From: an uncultured Desulfospira sp.
GTDB lineage: Bacteria; Desulfobacterota; Desulfobacteria; Desulfobacterales; Desulfobacteraceae
Assembly: GCA_963663165.1 (NCBI GenBank)
Contig: OY760175.1
Coordinates: 192,001-256,000, forward strand
DNA: 64,000 nucleotides
Direction of reading: 5' to 3'
In this document: piece by piece, positions 40,428 through 50,056 of the stretch
Numbering within the stretch: the stretch's first letter is position 1
Layout: each line of letters begins with the position of its first letter
The notes under the pieces: model-generated
What the model was told of the DNA's origin: nothing
The model's input: only the letters and a program-made list of their open reading frames with translations
The model's database searches: none
Program-made: the position numbers and the translations under genes

Positions 40428-40494
40428 GACTACGAATCAAGGGGTCGGACGTTCGAATCGTCTCGGGCGCGCCATAAACGATAAGGGTTTTCAG
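40428..40494 (+). repeat. att direct repeat, right copy
   Basis: Identical to 18451-18517; lacks the 5' part of the tRNA. Confidence 0.97.
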
Positions 40495-40704
40495 CTTTTT
40501 GGTTGAAACCCTTTTTTGTTGAAAATTCATTTTTCCCCCACATGGCCATGACAGGCCATCAATCCGGTATTCGTTTTTTTTACTTCATATGGTATGACTG
40601 GATTTAGGTTTAGATGAACCGGTGCCGACCAACCCCATTGAATCAATGTAAAGGGAATTAATCAGCCTACCGCTTGTTTGAAAGCAAAAACTGGATGGGT
40701 TAAC

Positions 40705-42039
40705 ATGCAACACCTCAATGTTCAGGTAAAAGAATGGCTCCAAGGGTTTAACCAGACGGTCTGGCATTCCCGGCGTGGCGATCGGTCTGCACTCCAGTGG
40801 CTGATGATCCGGCTGGTCCGGACGGCAGTGACGGCGGTTCGGGATTTCGCCCGGCACCATGGGGCGTTGCGGGCTTCGGCGTTGACCTTTTTTACCCTGC
40901 TGTCATTGGTGCCGGTGGCGGCCATGGCATTTGGGATTGCCAAGGGGTTTGGATTTGAACGGCGGCTGCAACAGGAACTTTTGGAAAGCTTTTCCGCCCA
41001 GCAGGAGGTGGTCCAGCAAATCATCGGTTTTGCCCAGAACCTGTTGAACAACACCAAGGGCGGGATGATCGCCGGTATCGGTGTGGTGGTTCTGTTCTGG
41101 TCCGCCATTAAGGTCCTTAGCAATATTGAAGGGTCGTTCAACCATATCTGGGGGGTCCGCTCAAGGCCCCTGGTCCGCAAGCTGAGCGATTATCTGACCA
41201 TCATACTGATCTGCCCGCTGCTCATGGTTCTGTCCAGCAGCCTTACGGTGTTTATTACCCATCAGGTATCGGCCATATCCGGCCGGTTTGAGCTGTTGCA
41301 GATGGTGGGGCCGGTCATTTATGTGATGCTCAAGCTGCTTCCCTTTACCCTGATCTGGGTTTTGTTCACAGTGATATATATTATCATGCCCAACACCCGG
41401 GTCCGCTTTGACGGAGCGCTTTTGGCCGGTGTTATTGCCGGCACCGCTTATCAGGCGGTCCAGGCCGCATATATTCATTTCCAGATTATTGTGGCCAAAT
41501 ACAATGCCATTTACGGAAGTTTTGCGGCCTTGCCCCTGTTTTTAATGTGGCTTCAGATCAGCTGGTTCATCGTCATTATCGGCGCTGAAATTTCCCATGC
41601 CTACCAGCTCTCGGAACACGGTCACCCCACGGCCGGGGGCTGGGAACTGAGCTATGCCGAAACCCAGCTGGCATGCCTTGCCATCTGCCGTTATGTAATT
41701 GTCCGGTTCCACAAAGGGGAACCAGCCATGCCCGCCGAACAGATTGCCGATGCCCTGGCCATCCCCCAGGCCCTGGTGGACCGGCTGATCGGTTTTTTGA
41801 TAAAGGGAAACATCCTGGTCTATACTGAAGCCAGTGGGAACGAACCTCCGGCCGTACAGCCGGCCCAGGATATTGCCCGGCTCACGGTCAGCCGCGTCCT
41901 GAGTGTACTGGCCGATGTGAACAGCGACAGCCGGCACCTGGCCCGGATGCCCGAAGCCAGACGCTTTGAGGCAACCTTGACCCAACTGCGCCATGAATTG
42001 GAGCAGGCCAGTGCCAACAAACTGATCATGGATATTTAG
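40705..42039 (+). CDS. YihY/BrkB family membrane protein with C-terminal HTH
   Basis: RASALTFFTLLSLVP, IEGSFNHIW, YNAIYGSFAALP. Confidence 0.9.
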   Translation: MQHLNVQVKEWLQGFNQTVWHSRRGDRSALQWLMIRLVRTAVTAVRDFARHHGALRASALTFFTLLSLVPVAAMAFGIAKGFGFERRLQQELLESFSAQQEVVQQIIGFAQNLLNNTKGGMIAGIGVVVLFWSAIKVLSNIEGSFNHIWGVRSRPLVRKLSDYLTIILICPLLMVLSSSLTVFITHQVSAISGRFELLQMVGPVIYVMLKLLPFTLIWVLFTVIYIIMPNTRVRFDGALLAGVIAGTAYQAVQAAYIHFQIIVAKYNAIYGSFAALPLFLMWLQISWFIVIIGAEISHAYQLSEHGHPTAGGWELSYAETQLACLAICRYVIVRFHKGEPAMPAEQIADALAIPQALVDRLIGFLIKGNILVYTEASGNEPPAVQPAQDIARLTVSRVLSVLADVNSDSRHLARMPEARRFEATLTQLRHELEQASANKLIMDI

Positions 42040-42042
42040 TGT

Positions 42043-43836
42043 TCAAGCGGACAGTGCCGATTTGACGCATTGGCCGATCTCGGCCAGGCTGTAAGGCTTT
42101 TTAAGGTAGGGCCCTGCGCCCAGTTCCTGCATCTGTTTGACTCGGTCTGTCTCGGCAAACCCGCTGGCAATAATGGTTTTCTGGCCGGGATGGATTTTAA
42201 TGATTTCTTTGTAAGTGTCCAGGCCGTCCATTCCGGGTTCCATGATCATGTCCAGGATGACCAGGTCCACCGAATGGGTTTTAAGAAAGGATACGGCATC
42301 TTCTCCGCTGGCTGCCGCATGGGTCTGGTAGCCCAGTTTGGACAAGAGCAGGGTGCCAATGCTGCGCTGTTCTTCAATATCATCCACGATCAGAATCTGC
42401 TGTCCCTGTCCTTTCCATTCTATGACCGGCGGGTCTGTGGGGTGGGCCAGGGGCTGGCGGGGAACCGGAAAATAAATAAAAATCCGGGTTCCTTTTTCAG
42501 GCTCGCTTTTCAGGTCAATGTACCCGTGGTGGTCTTTTACGGTTCCCCAGACCACGGCCATGCCAAGACCGGTTCCGCTTTTGCCCATCACTTTTTTGGT
42601 GTAAAACGGCTCAAATATCCGCTGAATGTCCTCCGGATAAATGCCCTCGCCGGTATCTGTCACCTCAAGGACAACATAGTCTCCCGCTTTAATCGTTTCA
42701 TATCCTTGAGCGGGATGGTCCAGATACTGGTTTGAAGTTGAAATCATAATGGTGCCCACCTGGTGGCAGGCCTCTACCGCATTGGTGACAAGGTTCATGA
42801 CGGTTTTGGACAGGTGAACCAAAGACCCCTGGATATGGGGAAGATCCGGTGCCAGATCGGTTAGGATCTTGATTTCCGGGTTAAAGCCCTTGACCCTTTT
42901 AAATTCGGGGGAGGACAGATATTCCTGTATGACACTGTTCAGCTGAACCGGCTGCATGGTTGGCACATTCCTGCGGGCCAGGGTCAGCAGGTCCTGGACG
43001 ATCAAGGCGGCTCTCTCGCCAGATTTACGCATGGTTAAAATGGGTTCCCGTAAGGGGCTGTCCCGGGGGAGGTCCAGGAGCAGCAGATCCGGATAGCTGA
43101 CCAGTCCGCTTAAAATGTTGTTCAGGTCATGGGCGACGCCGCCGGCGAGCATGCCCACGGTTTCCATTTTTTCAGACCTCTGGAGCTGCTCCGCCAGCCG
43201 TTTTTCTTCGCTGATATCATTTAGAAAGTTTAAGGTGGCAAATTCATTTTCCCATTTGATCGGGGTGGTGTTCAACCTGACCCATATGGTTTTGTTTTTG
43301 TTGTTCACCAGGCGGAAAGTGCATTTCCTGGCCGACCCGGCCGCCGGCTGCTGGGCAATATACCGGCGCATAAAGTCCTGGTCGTCGGGGTGGATGAACC
43401 GGACAATGGGCTGGTCTGTCATTTCCTCAACACTCATCCCCGCTAGCAGGGACGCCCTGGGGTTTACAAATTTGAGCCGCTGTCCCTGGGAGACAAAAAT
43501 CGCCTCGCTGGCATGATTGATCAGGGTGCTGTATTTGGCTTCGCTGTCCCGAAAGGCCGCCTCAGCCCGGTTTTTAGTAACCAGAACTTCAAAAAGAACC
43601 ATGCCGGCCACCAGAAAAAGCGTGATAACGACCATCCGGGAGACGAACTGATAGGGAGAAACCCGCAGCATCAGGGTGTCCACCAGGGAGCCCGGCTCTG
43701 TATACATAAGGGTGTGCAGGTTACGTTCAAAAGAAAGATAGGACCAGAAGCTGTCAATTACCCAATATATCAGGCAAAAGAGAAGCAAAAGGGCGTAATA
43801 CTTCAACCGGGTGGCATTACTGGGGGGAATTTGCAT
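42043..43836 (-). CDS. PAS-domain hybrid histidine kinase with receiver domain
   Basis: AGGVAHDLNNIL, FEPFYT, GTGLG, C-terminal REC. Confidence 0.93.
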   Translation of the reverse strand: MQIPPSNATRLKYYALLLLFCLIYWVIDSFWSYLSFERNLHTLMYTEPGSLVDTLMLRVSPYQFVSRMVVITLFLVAGMVLFEVLVTKNRAEAAFRDSEAKYSTLINHASEAIFVSQGQRLKFVNPRASLLAGMSVEEMTDQPIVRFIHPDDQDFMRRYIAQQPAAGSARKCTFRLVNNKNKTIWVRLNTTPIKWENEFATLNFLNDISEEKRLAEQLQRSEKMETVGMLAGGVAHDLNNILSGLVSYPDLLLLDLPRDSPLREPILTMRKSGERAALIVQDLLTLARRNVPTMQPVQLNSVIQEYLSSPEFKRVKGFNPEIKILTDLAPDLPHIQGSLVHLSKTVMNLVTNAVEACHQVGTIMISTSNQYLDHPAQGYETIKAGDYVVLEVTDTGEGIYPEDIQRIFEPFYTKKVMGKSGTGLGMAVVWGTVKDHHGYIDLKSEPEKGTRIFIYFPVPRQPLAHPTDPPVIEWKGQGQQILIVDDIEEQRSIGTLLLSKLGYQTHAAASGEDAVSFLKTHSVDLVILDMIMEPGMDGLDTYKEIIKIHPGQKTIIASGFAETDRVKQMQELGAGPYLKKPYSLAEIGQCVKSALSA

Positions 43837-44989
43837 AGATTTTTTTGGATATCCTTAAAATCCCGGCAGGGGGCTGAAACTCAATGGCCCGGGCTGTGTC
43901 CATGTTGATGACCAGGTCCAGGGGGTCCGGCAGTTCCTGATTGAGATCCCGGGGGGTTGCCCCCTTTAAGATGTCAATCATCTTTTTGGCATCATACAGG
44001 CCCTGTGCCCGGTACCCCTCGTCGGTGGAGATGCTCAGGAGAATCCCCTTTTCCACATATTTTGACCCCACCATTGAAAACGAGGGGATTTTGTTTTTGT
44101 TCAGTACGCCGACCATTTGATCAATCTGCTCATCAAGGGCCAGCATGGCTGTAACGTAAAAGGCATCAGCCTTCTTTGCCACCTGTTTCATACACGCGAT
44201 ACATTCCCGGCCTGAGGTCTCCCGGTCCGGTGTGCTGTCAATGAAGGTGCAGCGAATAATGTTAAAATGGCGCTCTTGGGCCACCATTTCCAGTTCGTTA
44301 ATCGCGGAGTACAATCTGCCGTCATCAGAGTCCTCGTAAATCACGCCAAGGTTTTTAAACCCCACGATGCGGTGGAACATGCGGATCTGTCTGATGTACC
44401 GTTTTGAATCCACCCGGGCGGTGACATGATCTATCCCTGAATCCTGTGTGCTTTGAATAATACCGGCCTGAATCGGATTGGAAGTGGACGTCACCAGGGT
44501 GGGAACGTGGTGGCTAAGGTTGGAAAGGTCCTGGCCCGCCCAGGTTCCCATGGCAATGACCAGGTCAATATTGCCGCTGTTCAGGAGGTCTAAGACGGTT
44601 TGCTTAACTTGCTTTCGCCTGTCCTCGGACCATCCGGCACTGAATGCGTTTTCCATGGCAAAGGAAAGGCGGCTGCTCTTTGCCTGGGATGACAGCCATT
44701 GCCAATAGGGTTTGTCCACATTCCCTTTAAGGAGCGGCACAGGGGTTTTTTCAATCCACCCATAGTGGATCAGCCCATGGATGATGGCCCTCATGCAGTC
44801 GGTATAATCGCTGTAGTGCCCGCCTTCATAATAAGCAATCTGGAATTTGCCGGCCTTGCCTGAGGTCTGATGGGACGAATTGTCCGTTTCAGCACAAACA
44901 GAGCCTGTGCCGGTGAAGAAAAAAATCAGGGTCCCCAAAAATATGCCGATCCAGGCAGGGGGCCTGCGGTTGGATGTTGTACGCATCAT
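43817..44989 (-). CDS. ABC-type substrate-binding protein (probable sensor partner; probable start 44989)
   Basis: Signal peptide, IAMGTWAG, LVINMDTARAI; overlaps the kinase start. Confidence 0.75.
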   Translation of the reverse strand: MMRTTSNRRPPAWIGIFLGTLIFFFTGTGSVCAETDNSSHQTSGKAGKFQIAYYEGGHYSDYTDCMRAIIHGLIHYGWIEKTPVPLLKGNVDKPYWQWLSSQAKSSRLSFAMENAFSAGWSEDRRKQVKQTVLDLLNSGNIDLVIAMGTWAGQDLSNLSHHVPTLVTSTSNPIQAGIIQSTQDSGIDHVTARVDSKRYIRQIRMFHRIVGFKNLGVIYEDSDDGRLYSAINELEMVAQERHFNIIRCTFIDSTPDRETSGRECIACMKQVAKKADAFYVTAMLALDEQIDQMVGVLNKNKIPSFSMVGSKYVEKGILLSISTDEGYRAQGLYDAKKMIDILKGATPRDLNQELPDPLDLVINMDTARAIEFQPPAGILRISKKIYANSPQ

Positions 44990-45150
44990 TGTTGGCTTCT
45001 TTGATTCGAATTTTATGTATTTGTTCCTGACCGCTATAGTAACACTATTGCAAAAGAAAATTAAGGCGGAAACAATTTCTTTTTTAAGGCCCGGGGTGAT
45101 CGCATGTAACTTGCCGGCCGGTGATGTCAATTTTGATGATAAGGATAGTG

Positions 45151-45236
45151 ATGTATAAAATTGGGACTTGGGGAGGCCACGGATACGGCAATCCCCAAGT
45201 CCCATATCCCAAGTCCCAAGTCTATTATAATTGGAT
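45151..45236. repeat. Heptamer (TCCCAAG) tandem-repeat element
   Basis: Related copies at 53500-53580 and 54025-54070. Confidence 0.7.
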
Positions 45237-45476
45237 TATCCTTAATTCCCCATTCCAGGATGGATTGTTTTTTTACATGCGATTGCCCTGTGCTATTTCT
45301 ACAGTGCTGACGCATGAAAATTTATAGTCAATGATATCAATGACGCAGCTCGATATCCAAAATTATTTTGTCGCAAAATTTAAATAGACAAAATTTCGGC
45401 CTTTTGATAATGTAGCATAGGGTACGAATGAGCGCCCCCCCCCAATCGAGACACTACATTTGAAGAGGAGGATGTC

Positions 45477-46352
45477 GTGATTGTCCAATGTGGCCGGAAA
45501 ATTAAAGACGAAGAGCTTATACAGATTTGCGAGACAGTAGAGACCTTTTCGAATTTGAGTCAGACTGAACTGGCTCATACAATATGCGAACATTTGGGCT
45601 GGTATACCGCTTCTGGTAGGAACAAGGTGGATGCCTGCCGGAAATTGCTTCTGCGACTGGAGTCCCAAGGTCTCATACGGTTGCCTGAAAAAGAGAAACT
45701 CGGTCCCATAAAGGGCTCTCAACAGAAACTGCCGGTAGCGGACGACAGGACCCAGCCCCAAGATAAGGTAGCGGGCACGCTTTCGGATATCGGGCCGATC
45801 GTTGTCAGGGTCGCACAAGACACGGAAGAACGCTCACTGGTTAATGAATACCTGCACCGTTACCATTATCTTGGCTACAAGCGGCCGTTCGGATGTCATC
45901 TGCGTTATTTGATACAAGCTCAAGAGCGCATATTGGGATGTATGCTGTTCTCAGGGGCGGCCAAGGCGCTGACCCCGAGGGATCGATGGATCGGCTGGAG
46001 CACCAACGAACGCTTAAGAAACTTGGGATTTGTTGTAAACAATGGACGCTTCCTGATTTTTCCGTGGGTCAAGGTCCGGTATCTGGCAAGTCACGTATTG
46101 GGTAAAATTGTCAGAGATCTGGTGCAAGACTGGGAGCGGAGCTGGGGGTATCGGCCGGCTTTGCTGGAGACCTTTGTCGACCCACAACACTTCGATGGGA
46201 CGTGCTATCGGGCGGCCAATTTTAGACACCTTGGCATGACCAGCGGAAAGGGGCTTGTCCGGCAGGGTAGAAGTTACAGGACCAGTCCCAAAAAAATCTT
46301 CGTTTATCCGCTGGTGAATAATTTCCGTCAGGTTTTGAGGCAGATCGGATGA
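45477..46352 (+). CDS. DUF4338/DruA-like IS passenger protein
   Basis: Same protein as 33513-34388. Confidence 0.88.
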   Translation: MIVQCGRKIKDEELIQICETVETFSNLSQTELAHTICEHLGWYTASGRNKVDACRKLLLRLESQGLIRLPEKEKLGPIKGSQQKLPVADDRTQPQDKVAGTLSDIGPIVVRVAQDTEERSLVNEYLHRYHYLGYKRPFGCHLRYLIQAQERILGCMLFSGAAKALTPRDRWIGWSTNERLRNLGFVVNNGRFLIFPWVKVRYLASHVLGKIVRDLVQDWERSWGYRPALLETFVDPQHFDGTCYRAANFRHLGMTSGKGLVRQGRSYRTSPKKIFVYPLVNNFRQVLRQIG

Positions 46353-47875
46353 GCAAGCCTAGCCGACGCCCCAATCGTGAGGAGATAAAGGCCAAAATAA
46401 AGCAGTTTAAAAAGGAGCAGAGAAAATTACGTCGGGATGAAGAGGCCAGGGGATTTCAGCCGCCCTCTCATGGCACAATTTCTAACTGCAAATGCCGATA
46501 TGAAAGTGTAGAACAGGAGGGGCGCATCCGCAATGAGGCCGTGGCTGAGAAAATGAGTATTTTTCGCGCTAAGCTGCCCATTCTGCTCAAACGTATGGCC
46601 AAGATTGAAGACCCTCGAAACCCTAAGAAGATAAAACACCAAATATCCACACTCATGATCTATGGGATACTGACCTTTGTGTTTCAGATGGCTTCTTGCC
46701 GTGAGGCCAACAAAGAAATGAGCCGGCCGATGTTCTGGAAGAATCTTCAATATTTTTTCCCGGAGCTTGAAACGCTTCCCCATCATGATACGTTAAAACG
46801 CCTATTGTCTAAGATTGATATCAATCAAATCAAGAAGCTTCATCTCGATCTGGTCAGAGATCTGATCCGGAAAAAGAAATTTCGACGGTACCTGGTCAAT
46901 GGCTGTTATCCGATTGCCATAGATGGTACCGGTAAATTCAAACGCGACTGGCTTTGGGATGAAGAGTGCCTGGAACGTAACATCAAGAAAGAGGATGGCA
47001 CCAGGAAACAGTATCATGTCTATGTTCTGGAAGCTAATCTTGCGTTTTCCGATGGCATGAGCATTCCGCTGATAAGCGAAATCCTGAGCTACACCGAAGG
47101 AGATACCGCTAATGATAAGCAGGACTGCGAACTCAAGGCGTTTTACCGGTTAGCCTCTTGCCTGAAGGCGGCATTTCCCGCCCTAAAAATTATGGTGCTT
47201 TTGGATGGGCTTTATGCCAATGGCCCCGTGGCAGAAATTTGCCGAACAAACAAATGGCAGTTCATGATTGTACTGAAAGATGACGCTCTACCCAGCGTAA
47301 TGAATGAATTTGAAACGCTTGCCGCACTCGATACAGAAAACTGCCACCAACACACATGGGGCAATAGGAAACAGGTTTTTCGGTGGATCAACGCCATTGA
47401 CTACCGGTTTGGTCCGAACGGCAAGAAAAGTCAAATCCTGCACGTTGTTGAATGCAAAGAGAGCTGGAAAGAGGTTAGCCGGGAAAGCGGTCAACCGGAA
47501 AAGAAAAATAGTCGTCATGTGTGGTTGTCCAGCGAACCTTTGGACAGATTTAATCTTCACGAACGATGCAACATAGCCGCCCGTTCCCGTTGGTGTATTG
47601 AAACCGGTATTCTCGTTGAGAAACATCATGGATATGAGTACGAGCACTGTTTTTCGTATGATTGGAACGTCATGAAAGGGTATCATGCCTTGATGCGCCT
47701 GGGCCATATGTTTAACGTTTTGGCCAGATACTCGCAGCGGCTTGCCAGGATTATTGAAGATACCGGCGCACGGGGCCTGATTCGTTTAGTCCGGGATACC
47801 ATGTCCGGCCCGTGGCTGGATTACATGTGGCTGGAAGATCGTCTGTCCACTCCCTTTCAACTCCGATTAGTATGA
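46349..47875 (+). CDS. DDE transposase
   Basis: Three visible aa differences from 31990-33516. Confidence 0.9.
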   Translation: MSKPSRRPNREEIKAKIKQFKKEQRKLRRDEEARGFQPPSHGTISNCKCRYESVEQEGRIRNEAVAEKMSIFRAKLPILLKRMAKIEDPRNPKKIKHQISTLMIYGILTFVFQMASCREANKEMSRPMFWKNLQYFFPELETLPHHDTLKRLLSKIDINQIKKLHLDLVRDLIRKKKFRRYLVNGCYPIAIDGTGKFKRDWLWDEECLERNIKKEDGTRKQYHVYVLEANLAFSDGMSIPLISEILSYTEGDTANDKQDCELKAFYRLASCLKAAFPALKIMVLLDGLYANGPVAEICRTNKWQFMIVLKDDALPSVMNEFETLAALDTENCHQHTWGNRKQVFRWINAIDYRFGPNGKKSQILHVVECKESWKEVSRESGQPEKKNSRHVWLSSEPLDRFNLHERCNIAARSRWCIETGILVEKHHGYEYEHCFSYDWNVMKGYHALMRLGHMFNVLARYSQRLARIIEDTGARGLIRLVRDTMSGPWLDYMWLEDRLSTPFQLRLV

Positions 47876-48240
47876 CGGCAACGACGGACGGGTAATCGAA
47901 AACACTCTCCCAAGCAGAGAGGTGGGAACGCTATGTTCGGACCGAAGGACCGTCTATCGTTTCGGCCATAGTCAGTGTCTGAAGGACTGCCTTTTTGAAT
48001 TAAAAAAGGCTGGATCTCCCCCCAAAGGGAGTGGTTAGATCGACTAAAGCCAACCTTTTTTTATTCATGCGTCAGCACTGCTATTTCTAATCAATTGTTG
48101 ACACAAAGATCCCCCTGTGATAATAGAATCAGGTTTACAGCCCAAGTGAGGCGTGATGCATGGAAGATGACAGCGGGTGACTGAAAAGCGGCCGCTTTTG
48201 ATTTTATACCCCAAACCAGAGAAATGCAGGATAAAAAATT

Positions 48241-48513
48241 ATGATTTGTACAACGGTCAGAGAAGGTGATGATTGTGTATTTATGACGGCTGCCGGATGC
48301 AGCTACAACGAAGGAAACTGCCTGCCCATTATTGATCAGTGCCTGGGCTGCCGCAGGATTGTTGAAAAAGCGGCTGGCCAGTATTGCACGGCTGCCCCGG
48401 ATCCTTCTTTGAAGTGGCAAAACGGCAACTGCAACTTGGCCACCCATATTAAAACCGTTACTGAAACCAAAAAACAAAAAATCAACCCGATCAAGGCATC
48501 CAAGAGAAGATAG
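48241..48513 (+). CDS. PxxKW family cysteine-rich protein
   Basis: Cys-rich, PSLKW, CNLATH, INPIKASKR. Confidence 0.85.
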   Translation: MICTTVREGDDCVFMTAAGCSYNEGNCLPIIDQCLGCRRIVEKAAGQYCTAAPDPSLKWQNGNCNLATHIKTVTETKKQKINPIKASKRR

Positions 48514-48731
48514 CGGTTTTTTTTGTTTCCAGAACTTTTGTCCCGGCGTTAACCGGCCCCTCCGGAATGGGGGTGGGTTAAGCCGCAGGGGTTTAGGGTT
48601 CTTTCAAATATTATCAAACTCTGCGATTGCCATGACCGCATATGGCCGCAGAGTTTGTCTTTTTTTTGCGGTACCCACGGTTTGCCATGACAGCAGATAT
48701 TTTTTCAACGTTGATTTAAGAAAAGGTTGCC

Positions 48732-50054
48732 ATGAACGCGTTAGCACAGGAACTGAACGCTATTATTCAAAAATCTAACCCCCATGTTTATGAAATGCTT
48801 TCCGACATGGGAAAAGCCTTATATTTCCCCAAGGGAATTTTAAGCCAGAGTGCGGAAGCCAAGGAAAAGGCCTACCGGATAAACGCCACCATCGGCATTG
48901 CCAAAGAAGGGTCTAAGGTGTTGAGCCTTCCCTCGGTGACCCAGCACATAACGGGGATTTCCCCGGATGAGTATTTGCCCTATGCCCCGTCATTCGGGAT
49001 TCCGGCCCTGCGCAAAACCTGGCAGGAAGAACTGTACAAAAAAAATCCTTCCCTTAAAGGCAAGTCCGTCAGTCTTCCCGTGGTCACCGCCGGCATTACC
49101 CACGGGGTGAGCATTTTGTCCGACATGTGGGTGAACAAAGGGGATGTGATTGTCCTGCCCGATATGATGTGGGGCAATTACGGCATGACCTTCGGCATCA
49201 GAAACAGCGCCAAAATGGTCCATTACCAGACCTTTACTCAGGATCTGAGCCGGTTTAACGTGGATTCTTTTAAACAGGTCATGCAGGAACAGGCAAAGCA
49301 CAATGAAAAGATCGTCACGGTTCTTAATTTCCCCCACAACCCCAGCGGGTACACCTTAAGCCGTGATGAAGCCGATAAGATCGCAGCCGTGCTGATTGAA
49401 ATAGCCCAGAACGGCACCAACGTGGTGGCGGCATTTGATGACGCCTATTTTGGCCTGTTTTTTGAAGAAGAAACCTGCAAGGAATCCATTTTTGCCAAAG
49501 TGGCCGGCAAGGAAAAACGGCTGCTGGCCATCAAGCTTGACGGGGCCACCAAAGAGGATTATGTCTGGGGATTCAGGACCGGGTTTGTCACCTATGGCAT
49601 CTGCGCTAAAGAGGGCTTGGACGACACTTACCTGGCCCTTGAGAAAAAAACCGGCGGCTGTATCCGGGGAAACATTTCCAATTGTTCCCATTTGAGTCAG
49701 ACCATTTTGCTCAAAGCCATGTCGGAACCGGATTACCAGGCCCAGAAGCAGGAAAAATTTGATCTGATGAAGGCCCGTGCCACGGCAATCAAACAGGTCC
49801 TCAAAGATCCCAAATACAAGGACGGGTTCGATGCTTATCCCTTCAACTCAGGGTATTTCATGTGCATCCGGCTCAAAAACAACGTGGACGCGGAAACCTT
49901 GCGGATTCACCTGCTGGACAAATACGGGGTGGGATTGATATCCATTGGAAAGCGCAACTTAAGGGTGGCATTTTCCTGCCTTGAACAAACGGATACCAAA
50001 GAACTTTTTGATACGATTTTAAACGGGATAAACGAGCTGTGTAACATCACCTGA
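48732..50054 (+). CDS. Class I/II PLP aminotransferase
   Basis: NFPHNPSG, DDAY, DGATKE, WGFRTG. Confidence 0.9.
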   Translation: MNALAQELNAIIQKSNPHVYEMLSDMGKALYFPKGILSQSAEAKEKAYRINATIGIAKEGSKVLSLPSVTQHITGISPDEYLPYAPSFGIPALRKTWQEELYKKNPSLKGKSVSLPVVTAGITHGVSILSDMWVNKGDVIVLPDMMWGNYGMTFGIRNSAKMVHYQTFTQDLSRFNVDSFKQVMQEQAKHNEKIVTVLNFPHNPSGYTLSRDEADKIAAVLIEIAQNGTNVVAAFDDAYFGLFFEEETCKESIFAKVAGKEKRLLAIKLDGATKEDYVWGFRTGFVTYGICAKEGLDDTYLALEKKTGGCIRGNISNCSHLSQTILLKAMSEPDYQAQKQEKFDLMKARATAIKQVLKDPKYKDGFDAYPFNSGYFMCIRLKNNVDAETLRIHLLDKYGVGLISIGKRNLRVAFSCLEQTDTKELFDTILNGINELCNIT

Positions 50055-50056
50055 TC

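Larger units (their letters stand above)
18451..40494 (-). mobile_element. Integrated phage satellite / PICI-like island (~22 kb; ~16.1 kb without the nested IS)
   Basis: 67-bp direct repeats, tyrosine integrase at one end, unidirectional alpA-pri-rep-cos-terS core; no capsid, portal or TerL seen. Confidence 0.9.
45302..48080 (+). mobile_element. Inner-type IS, copy 2, 2779 bp
   Basis: Same TIR as copy 1; 9-bp TSD CTATTTCTA; near-identical to 31785-34561, inverted. Confidence 0.95.

Noticed and set aside
40428..40474. Second tRNA-Arg gene
   Set aside because: Only the 3' part is present; it is the att duplication
18451..40494. Complete prophage or cf-PICI
   Set aside because: No recognisable major capsid, portal, large terminase, tail tube or lysis genes
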